Assembly: GCA_963742275.1 (NCBI GenBank)
Contig: CAVUKU010000003.1
Span: 111,866 to 175,865 of the forward strand
Direction of reading: 5' to 3'
Origin: an uncultured Solirubrobacterales bacterium
GTDB taxonomy: Bacteria; Actinomycetota; Thermoleophilia; Solirubrobacterales; Solirubrobacteraceae
DNA length: 64,000 nucleotides
This document shows positions 57,066 through 64,000 of the stretch, one piece after another. Numbering within the stretch: the stretch's first letter is position 1; each line of letters starts with the position of its first letter. The notes beneath the pieces are model-generated. The model worked only from the letters and a program-made list of their open reading frames with translations, did not search any database and was not told the origin of the DNA. A program made the translations under genes and the position numbers.

Positions 57066-57806
57066 ATGCACATCGCCCTCGCCCCACTTGCCGCGGCCGG
57101 ACCGAGCGTCGACTGGTACCTCACCCGCTCGAGCGGTGCGGTCTCGCTGCTGCTGTTGAGCGTCGCCGTCGCGCTCGGCGTCGCCGACGTGCAGCGCTGG
57201 AGCACCCCGCGGTGGCCGCGTTTCATCCTCGACACCCTGCACCGCAACGTCTCCCTGCTCGCGCTCGCCTTCCTCGCCCTGCACATCCTCACCGCGGTGC
57301 TCGACACCTTCGCCCCGATCTCCCTACTTGCCGCCTTCGTGCCCTTCATCAGCTCCTACCGACCCTTCTGGCTCGGGCTTGGGGCGGTCGCCCTCGACCT
57401 GATGCTCGCCGTGATCCTCACGAGCCTCCTGCGCCAGCGCATCGGGCAGAGCGCCTGGCGGATCACCCACTGGTTCGTCTACGCCTGCTGGCCGATCGCG
57501 GTGCTACACGGGCTCGGGACCGGCAGCGACGTCAAAAGCGCGTGGCTGCTCGTGCTCAGCGTCGCCTGCCTCGCGCTCGTCCTCGCCGCCGTGCTCGTGC
57601 GCACGTTCGGAAGCTCGGACGTGCGCACGAGCGCCCGCGGCCGCGGCCTCGCGCTCGGCGGCTCCACCGCTTTCACCGTGGGCCTGCTGCTGTGGCTCCC
57701 CAGCGGGCCGCTCGGCTCCGAATGGGCGCGGCGCTCCGGGACCCCCACCGCGCTGCTAGGCCACCATACCGCCGCCGCCAAATCGAAGATCGTGGTGAGC
57801 CCGTGA
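57066..57806 (+). CDS. Ferric reductase-like transmembrane protein
   Basis: WYLTRSSG, LHRNVSLL, LHILTA, TSLLR..IG..AWR..HW..Y..W....LHGLGTGSD. Confidence 0.88.
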   Translation: MHIALAPLAAAGPSVDWYLTRSSGAVSLLLLSVAVALGVADVQRWSTPRWPRFILDTLHRNVSLLALAFLALHILTAVLDTFAPISLLAAFVPFISSYRPFWLGLGAVALDLMLAVILTSLLRQRIGQSAWRITHWFVYACWPIAVLHGLGTGSDVKSAWLLVLSVACLALVLAAVLVRTFGSSDVRTSARGRGLALGGSTAFTVGLLLWLPSGPLGSEWARRSGTPTALLGHHTAAAKSKIVVSP

Positions 57807-57834
57807 GACGGCCCAGGCAACCGCACGACGCCCG

Positions 57835-59343
57835 ATGAGCGGACACGGGCAGCTCATGGGACATAGGGGTGAACCCGCGCAGCTCATCGAGCCAGAACGG
57901 GCCTCCGAGCACCTCGGGGCTCCCGCCGGCCTGCCGCGGCTGCTTGCCGGGATCCCCGCCCGGGGCTCGCTGAGCCTCGCCGAGCACCTCGATCTGCACG
58001 GAGAGCTGCCCCCGATCGAGGGCCGCGGGCGCCGCGGCGCCCGCGGGCTGATCGACCAGGTGCAGGCGGCCGGGCTGTGCGGGCGCGGGGGAGCCGGCTT
58101 CCCCACCGCCACGAAGCTCCGCGCGGTCGCCGGCGCCTCCCGATCGCCGCTCGGCGGACGGCCCATCGTTGTGGTCAACGCCGCCGAGGGCGAGCCCGCG
58201 AGCGCTAAGGACCGCACGCTGCTGCAGTCCCTCCCCCATCTCGTGCTCGACGGCGCGCAGCTCGCCGCCGCCGCGGTCGGCGCACAGGAGATCTTCCTCG
58301 GCGTCTGTGAGTCCGCCACGGGCGCCCTGGACGCCACCGTGCGCGCGATCGCCGAACGCGGCCAGGCCCGCCGCGGGAGCGGGGGCGGGCGGAGATTCGA
58401 GGTGCTCGCGGTCCCCAACCGCTACGTCGCGGGCCAGGAGTCCGCACTCGTCAACCTCCTCGGCGGCGGCCCCGCGCTGCCCACCTTCACTCCGCCGCGG
58501 CCCTTCGAACGCGGCGTGCGGGGGCGCCCCACGCTCGTCAGCAACGTGGAGACCCTCGCTCACCTCGCGCTGATCGCGCGGTACGGCGCGGAGTGGTTCC
58601 GCGAGCTCGGGACCCCCGCGCAGCCCGGGTCGGCGCTCGTGACGCTCTCCGGGCCGGTTCCCTACCCGGGGGTGTACGAGATCGAGTACGACTCCCCCCT
58701 CTCCGCCCTGATAGAGGCCGCCGGGGGCCTCACGGCGCAGCTACGGGCCGTGCTCCTCGGCGGCTACTCCGGCACCTGGGTAGACGCCCGATCGGTGGGC
58801 TCCGCTGCCGCCGGCGTGTCGCTCTCCGACCGGCACCTCGCGCCCCACGGGGCCACGCTCGGAGCGGGCGTGGTGGTGCTGCTCTCCACCGCGGCGTGCC
58901 CCGTAGCGGAGCTCGCCCGCGTCACCCGCTGGCTCGCCACGCAGAGCGCCCGCCAGTGCGGACCCTGCGTGAACGGCCTCGACGCGATCGCCTCCACGGT
59001 CGAGCAGCTCGTGCTCGGCGACCCAGGCGATGGCCGGCCCGCCATACCCCGCCTCGCGAGCCTCGCCGGCCTCGTCAACCGTCGCGGCGCCTGCAGCCAC
59101 CCCGACGGCGCCGCCCACCTCCTCGCGAGCGCGCTGGCGGTCTTCCCCGAGGAGCTCGCCGACCACGCCCGCCGCGGCCCCTGCGCCGCCTGCGGGCGGC
59201 CCTCGGAGCTGCCCCGGCCCCGCGTCGGTGCTCGTGAGGGCGAGCGAGACCCCCGCTCCCGCGCACCCGGAGGATCCTCGTCTTCGCACTCCCGCCCGCC
59301 CGGCGCCTCCTCGCCTTCGCGCGTGCGGTCGATCGCCCCATGA
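57835..59343 (+). CDS. NuoF-like FMN/Fe-S NAD(P)H oxidoreductase
   Basis: GRGGAGFPT, NAAEGEP, YVAGQESA, NVETLA, QCGPCVNG, GACSHPDG. Confidence 0.88.
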   Translation: MSGHGQLMGHRGEPAQLIEPERASEHLGAPAGLPRLLAGIPARGSLSLAEHLDLHGELPPIEGRGRRGARGLIDQVQAAGLCGRGGAGFPTATKLRAVAGASRSPLGGRPIVVVNAAEGEPASAKDRTLLQSLPHLVLDGAQLAAAAVGAQEIFLGVCESATGALDATVRAIAERGQARRGSGGGRRFEVLAVPNRYVAGQESALVNLLGGGPALPTFTPPRPFERGVRGRPTLVSNVETLAHLALIARYGAEWFRELGTPAQPGSALVTLSGPVPYPGVYEIEYDSPLSALIEAAGGLTAQLRAVLLGGYSGTWVDARSVGSAAAGVSLSDRHLAPHGATLGAGVVVLLSTAACPVAELARVTRWLATQSARQCGPCVNGLDAIASTVEQLVLGDPGDGRPAIPRLASLAGLVNRRGACSHPDGAAHLLASALAVFPEELADHARRGPCAACGRPSELPRPRVGAREGERDPRSRAPGGSSSSHSRPPGASSPSRVRSIAP

Positions 59344-59558
59344 GCTACCGCCTGCGCGTCAACCCCATCGCCTGCGAGGCCCACGGCATGTGTCACGAGC
59401 TGCTGCCCGAGCACATCGCGCTCGACGAGTGGGGCTACCCGATCGTCGACGGCGAGCTGGCGCCCGAACTGCTCACCCTCGCCCGCCGCGCCGCCCAGGC
59501 CTGCCCCACCTACGCGCTGCTGCTCGAGCGCCGCCGGGATCAGCCTCCTCGTGCATAA
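59340..59558 (+). CDS. Ferredoxin
   Basis: CEAHGMC...DEWGYP...ACPTYAL. Confidence 0.9.
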   Translation: MSYRLRVNPIACEAHGMCHELLPEHIALDEWGYPIVDGELAPELLTLARRAAQACPTYALLLERRRDQPPRA

Positions 59559-59629
59559 CCGGTTGGCTCCCTTTTCTCTGCGGCGCCTTCTGGGCTGAGG
59601 ACAAGTGGCTCACAGGGAGCTCCGCGCGC

Positions 59630-61690
59630 TCAGCGCGCCACCAGCTTACCCGCCGTTGCGGTCTGAGCCTCGGCCGTAGTTGCCGTTGCGGCGAAGGCGA
59701 GCCGGAGCATGTGAAGACGGCGGATGGCGAGGAGTGCCCTTGGCGTCAGCCGGATCGTCACCATTGCCTCCCCGGCGCGCTCCAGCGTGACCCGATCGCC
59801 GCCAAGCGCGGTGCGCACCACACACGTGCCCGGCTCGCTCATGCGACACGCGAATCGCAGCTCCCGGGTCTTGCGGATTGCGCGCAGCGTCTGCCTGAGC
59901 GGATCGACGCTGAAGCTCAGAGGCGCTGGGATGGCCGGCCCCCCGGGTTGGATTCGCGGAGCCGTCGTCACGCCCTGACCGGGCTGCTGCTGGCTTGGCT
60001 CGCCGCCGCCTGTTTGACTAGGCGGCGTCGTGATCGCGGCCTCCGGCTCGATCACGATCCTCCGCTGTGTGCTGCTCCGGTAGCCGAGCACCTCGGTGCT
60101 GGAGAACGTCACGGTGTATTCGCCGGGCGCCCCATAAGTGTGTGTCGCCGTGGTCCCCGCGTCCTCGCTGCCGTCGCCGAAGCTCAGCACCGGCGACCAC
60201 ACGTCCACAGAGGGCGCCGAGAACGTGACCGGTGCGCCGACCGCGCCGATGGCAGGTGCTTCCAATTCTTCGGATGGTTCGAGGGAATCATAGCCGGCGG
60301 CCTGCACCTGCTCGGTCGGGGGTTCTTTACATCCCATGATTTCCTTGCAACCGCCTTCGCTGCTCGTCCACACGGCCGTCGCGTCGCCGTCGGCTGTCGT
60401 CGAGCTCCCGGCGGCATCCAGCACGACGACGGCATCGGTCGAGTCCTTCCCTTCTTCGGAGAGGCTCTTCGGCTCCTGCCAGCCCCCTCCCGCGGGCCGG
60501 TAGTCGGCCTGGACGACGTCGTGACTTCCGTTCCAGCGCTCCCACACAACCGCCGCATTGCCCTGTGTGTCGAACACGACATCCGACGGGTAGGCATCTT
60601 CGCCGTTTTCGGAGAGCGTCGTCGGTTTCTGCCATTCCCCGCCCGCGGGCCGATAGGCAGCCTGCACGAGGTCGTAGCCACCAGCTTCGTGCGTGCCATC
60701 TGACCACACGAGCAGCGCGTCGCCGTGAGCATCCATCGCGACGTGGAGCGGCTGAACCTCGTCGCCGTTCTTGGACACATCCATGGGAGCCTGCCAGCTC
60801 CCCCCAGTCGGACGGTAGGCGGCGCGCACGACTTCGCCGCCGGCTGGATGCCCGTCCCACACGACCATCGTGTCGCCTTCGCCGTCGAGGGCGATCTGTG
60901 GGTCGCCGCCTTCTTCGCCCGGCTGCGAGAGGACCGTGGGCGGCCCCCAGCCTCCGCCGGCCGGCCTGTAGGCGCCTTCGACGACATACCGCGAGCCGTC
61001 GTAGTGCATCCACACGACGGTCGCGTCTCCCTGAGCGTCCATCGCAGCCTGCGGCACGTAGGATTCCCCGGCCGAGAGCGCCGCCGACGGTTCCCAGGAT
61101 CCACCGGCGGGCCGGTAGGAGCTCTCGATGACTTCCCCGCTCTTCCAGACCGCCGTCGTGTCCCCGGCCTCGTCGGCGGCCACCCACGGTTCGGGGTCGA
61201 CCGCGCTGTCCATTTCGCCGAGGTCGACCGGCGCCTGCCAGCTGCCGCCCGCCGGATGGTAGACCGCCTGTATCAGGATCCTGTTCGTCCCCGCGGATCG
61301 CGACCACACGACGGTCGTGTCGCCCGCGGCGTCCACTGCCAGCCGTGGTGAGTAGGCATCGCGTTCGCCGGCCAGAATGGTTTCTTCACCTTCCAGCGAG
61401 AGATCGGTCGGCGCCTGCCAGCTGCCGCCGGCCGGCCTGTAGGCGCTCTCGACAACCGTGTCCTGCCCATTCCACCGTGCCCAGACCGCTGTGGCGTCTC
61501 CCGCGGCGTCGAGCACCACCCGCGGTACGCCTACGTGTTCGCCAGTTTCAGAGATGCCGACCGGTGGCATCCACCCAGCTCGCGCGCCGGGCGCGAGCAA
61601 CAGCATCGCCGACACAATCAGCCCAACCGCAAGCAGATCCGCGGCATACGTCCTCTGCCACCACCGCAAACGCACCGAGCCCTCGATCAT
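59630..61690 (-). CDS. Secreted repeat protein with PKD domain
   Basis: Signal peptide; repeated D..GD..VVW....YRPAGG.W units; FGDGS...HTYGAPGEYTVT. Confidence 0.85.
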   Translation of the reverse strand: MIEGSVRLRWWQRTYAADLLAVGLIVSAMLLLAPGARAGWMPPVGISETGEHVGVPRVVLDAAGDATAVWARWNGQDTVVESAYRPAGGSWQAPTDLSLEGEETILAGERDAYSPRLAVDAAGDTTVVWSRSAGTNRILIQAVYHPAGGSWQAPVDLGEMDSAVDPEPWVAADEAGDTTAVWKSGEVIESSYRPAGGSWEPSAALSAGESYVPQAAMDAQGDATVVWMHYDGSRYVVEGAYRPAGGGWGPPTVLSQPGEEGGDPQIALDGEGDTMVVWDGHPAGGEVVRAAYRPTGGSWQAPMDVSKNGDEVQPLHVAMDAHGDALLVWSDGTHEAGGYDLVQAAYRPAGGEWQKPTTLSENGEDAYPSDVVFDTQGNAAVVWERWNGSHDVVQADYRPAGGGWQEPKSLSEEGKDSTDAVVVLDAAGSSTTADGDATAVWTSSEGGCKEIMGCKEPPTEQVQAAGYDSLEPSEELEAPAIGAVGAPVTFSAPSVDVWSPVLSFGDGSEDAGTTATHTYGAPGEYTVTFSSTEVLGYRSSTQRRIVIEPEAAITTPPSQTGGGEPSQQQPGQGVTTAPRIQPGGPAIPAPLSFSVDPLRQTLRAIRKTRELRFACRMSEPGTCVVRTALGGDRVTLERAGEAMVTIRLTPRALLAIRRLHMLRLAFAATATTAEAQTATAGKLVAR

Positions 61691-61786
61691 TGCGTCTGAG
61701 TCCGTCGCAATCCCATTTGTCGGACATGATCCTAGCTGAGCGCGAGCACCACGCCATCCGAGCAGTGCGCCAGGCAGAGGCGTCCC

Positions 61787-63697
61787 TCACGCGTGCTGAG
61801 CTGAGTGCAGCGCACGCGAACCGGCCGCGCGCACCGCCGCGCTGAGCGTCGCGACGTCGTAGACGCCGTTGTGGCGGCGCCCGTTGATGAAGAACGACGG
61901 CGTCCCCGAGACGCCGCTGGCGTCCGCGCTAGCCACATCCTCGCTCACCCGTGGGGCGTGGGTGCGCCGGCGCAGCTCCTCGCCGAAGCGCTCCACGTCA
62001 AGGCCCAGCGCCAGAGCGTAGCCGCGTAGGTGGCCCGGCGTGAGCTCCCCCTGGTGGGCGAGCAGGATGTCGTACATCTCCCAGAAGAACCCCTGCGCGC
62101 CCGCGGCCTCGGAGGCCTCGGCGGCGAGCTGGGCCCAGGGATGCACGTCGCTGAGCGGCAGGTGGCGAAAGGCGTAGCGCAGCTCCGCGCCCCACTCCGC
62201 GAGCAGCTCCCGGATCGCATGCTCGGCCCGCCCGCAGTAGGGGCACTCGAAGTCGCCGTACTCCAGGAGCGTCACCGGCGCGTCGCCCGCGCCGCGGATG
62301 TGGTCGCGCTCGGAGTCCACGTCCTCGGCGAGGTCGACCAACTGCTCGGCGGTGCGCCCGAGCTGGCGCGCCCGCACGGGAGCGGGCAGCCGGGCGATCA
62401 GCCGAAACGCGACCCACGCCACCAGGGGTGAGACGATCGCCGCGGCGAGGACGCCAAGCTTGGCCTGGTCGAGCAGCTCGCCGCTGAAGGCGCGGTCGGC
62501 GATCAGCAGCGACACCGTGAAGCCGATCCCCGCGACCGCGCCCGTCCCCGCCAGGCCGGGCCAGGTGACGGCGAGCCGCGCGCCCCCGAACGCGCGGCGG
62601 GTGCCAATCCAGGAGGCGCTCAGGATGCCGAGCGGCTTGCCGAGCACGTAGGCGAGCACGATCCCAATCGTCACCGGCGAGCGCGCCGCATCGGAGAGCA
62701 CGCGACCCTGGATGTGGAGGCCGGCGTTGGCCAGCGCGAACAGCGGCACCACCACGAAGCTCGTCCAGGGGTGCAGCCGGTACTGCAGCCGCTCGTTCGC
62801 GGAGATCGTCGAGGCGAGACCGCGCTGGGCGATGTACGCGAGCTCGGGCGTGGGCTGCTCGCGGAAGGACCGCGTCAGCTCGGTGGCGCGCTCGAGGTCG
62901 CCGCGGGCGGGCGGGTAGGCGCCCGTCACCAGCCCGATCGCCAGACCCGCGACGACAGGGTCGATGCCGGACTCGAACATCGCCAGCCACACGCCGACGC
63001 CCACGAGCACCGCCGCGGGCTCGCGCCAGCGCGGGGCGAAGCGCAGTAGCACAAGCGTCGCGAACAGCGCGAGCGCGACCCCCAGCGCGGGCAGCGAGAT
63101 GTGCGTGCTGTAGGCCACCGCGATCACGATCAGGGCGGTGAGATCGTCGACGACGGCGAGCGTCAGCAGGAACACGCGCAGGCGCGTCGCGCCGACGGGA
63201 GCGACGAGCGCGAGCGCGCCGAGGGAGAGCGCCGTGTCGGTCGACATCGCGACGCCCCACCCCCGCGCGCCGGCACCGCCGGCGTTGATCGCCAGGTAGA
63301 TGCCCACGCACAGCGCCATCCCCCCAAGGGCGGCGATCACGGGGATCGCGATGCGGTTACGCTCGCGCAGCTCGCCGAGGTCGAGCTCGCGCTTGGCCTC
63401 CAGGCCGACGACGAGGAAGAACAGCGTCATCAGCCCTTCGTTGACCCACTGGCGCAGGCTGGCGGAGAGCAGGTGGTCGCCCAGGCTGAGCGTGAGCTTG
63501 GTGCTCCAGAACGATTCGTAGGAGTGCGGCCAGGGCGAGTTCGCCCAGATGAGCGCCACGAGCGCCGCGCCGAGGAGGACCGTCGCCCCGCCGGTCTCGG
63601 CGCGCAGGAAGTCCCTCACGGGCGCGCCGAGATTGCGGGCCCAGGCGGTGCGGCCCGCGGAGTCGCCGTTCGAGGAGCCCGCTACAGCGGATGCCAT
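61787..63697 (-). CDS. nhaA: Na+/H+ antiporter NhaA fused to a DsbA-like thioredoxin domain
   Basis: WVNEGLMTLFF, STDTA, LAVVDD, FALANAG, GKPLGI, GIGFTVSL; C-terminal EYGDFECPYC, SGTPSFFING. Confidence 0.93.
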   Translation of the reverse strand: MASAVAGSSNGDSAGRTAWARNLGAPVRDFLRAETGGATVLLGAALVALIWANSPWPHSYESFWSTKLTLSLGDHLLSASLRQWVNEGLMTLFFLVVGLEAKRELDLGELRERNRIAIPVIAALGGMALCVGIYLAINAGGAGARGWGVAMSTDTALSLGALALVAPVGATRLRVFLLTLAVVDDLTALIVIAVAYSTHISLPALGVALALFATLVLLRFAPRWREPAAVLVGVGVWLAMFESGIDPVVAGLAIGLVTGAYPPARGDLERATELTRSFREQPTPELAYIAQRGLASTISANERLQYRLHPWTSFVVVPLFALANAGLHIQGRVLSDAARSPVTIGIVLAYVLGKPLGILSASWIGTRRAFGGARLAVTWPGLAGTGAVAGIGFTVSLLIADRAFSGELLDQAKLGVLAAAIVSPLVAWVAFRLIARLPAPVRARQLGRTAEQLVDLAEDVDSERDHIRGAGDAPVTLLEYGDFECPYCGRAEHAIRELLAEWGAELRYAFRHLPLSDVHPWAQLAAEASEAAGAQGFFWEMYDILLAHQGELTPGHLRGYALALGLDVERFGEELRRRTHAPRVSEDVASADASGVSGTPSFFINGRRHNGVYDVATLSAAVRAAGSRALHSAQHA

Positions 63698-63698
63698 G

Positions 63699-63801
63699 GC
63701 CGTGAGTATCGCGGGCGGGCCGTGAATATCGCGGTGAGCCGTGAATATCGCGGTGAGCCGTGAATATGGCGGGTGGACCGTGCATATGGCGGGTGGGCCG
63801 T
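63699..63801. repeat. 19-20-bp tandem repeat x5 filling the intergenic space upstream of nhaA
   Basis: GCCGTGAATATCGCGGTGA-like units. Confidence 0.88.
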
Positions 63802-63803
63802 CC

Positions 63804-64000
63804 CTAGCGCAGATGCGCGTAGGGAGCCCGGTGACGGGCGCGGTAGCTGCACGATGCGACCAGCTCGGTGATCGTGGCGTCGATATCGCGCGCGAAGTGT
63901 CCCGCGTCGGGTATCGCCTCGCGGTCGGCGTAGATCCCGAAGCAGGCGCGATCGCGCACGCTCGTCATGCCGACCGAGAGCGCGTGGCGATCGGCCAGGG
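63804..64000 (-). CDS. Wax ester synthase/DGAT family, C-terminal end
   Basis: Manual translation LADRHALSVGMTSVRDRACFGIYADREAIPDA..FARDI..TITEL; not in the ORF track. Confidence 0.75.
   Translation of the reverse strand, partial: LADRHALSVGMTSVRDRACFGIYADREAIPDAGHFARDIDATITELVASCSYRARHRAPYAHLR

Noticed and set aside
57835-59343. Respiratory complex I nuoF
   Set aside because: No other nuo genes nearby, and the first Fe-S Cys is absent; it fits the stand-alone NuoF-like family
59030-60703. Long alternative ORFs such as 59030-60703 (+), 61998-63311 (-), 31239-32582 (-) and 13916-14737 (+)
   Set aside because: Arg/Pro/Ala-rich shadow frames overlapping well-supported genes in high-GC DNA; only the part of 13916-14737 just after the IS (from ~14065) is PPTase remnant

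Overview
High-GC actinobacterial DNA; the gene families suggest Thermoleophilia/Solirubrobacterales, which is an inference. The left ~31 kb is accessory and visibly less GC-rich than the right half. (1) 1-14.9 kb: an NRPS biosynthetic cluster (A-T-C-T and Cy-A[Cys]-T-TE) co-transcribed with an N-hydroxylase, a stand-alone cupin and a MetRS-like gene. The MetRS-like gene is cut by the window edge and missing from the ORF track. These three genes are the signature of a hydrazine (N-N bond) synthetase. The cluster also has ThiF, GNAT-like and flavin split-barrel genes, an LmbU-family regulator and an Sfp-type PPTase split by an IS481 element with a 6-bp target duplication. (2) 14.9-19.7 kb: a pair of secreted-protein genes, two PucR-like regulators, a G21 tract and an XRE gene. 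(3) 19.9-25.2 kb: two ~360-bp attP-like junctions, each with an identical 41-bp 3' half of tRNA-Cys and tandem arm-type repeats. They bound a 4.9-kb integrase-less cassette carrying a PIN/TM protein, a secreted protein and an HTH-PIN toxin-antitoxin pair. (4) 25.2-31 kb: three IS1182 remnants around an FRG-domain gene. The right half holds DAGK/PAP2, then an operon of PadR, degenerate ABC ATPase, ABC ATPase, FtsX-type permease, YtpB-like terpene cyclase, cis-prenyltransferase and a second copy of the secreted pair. After that come AraC/VOC/DHFR-like genes, LCP, ubiA-dprE1-dprE2, a two-component system, a ferric-reductase/NuoF-like/ferredoxin cluster, a PKD protein, NhaA-DsbA and the 3' end of a WS/DGAT gene. 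Several single-base frameshifts could be real decay or assembly errors. All calls come from motif recognition by eye; no database searches were run.
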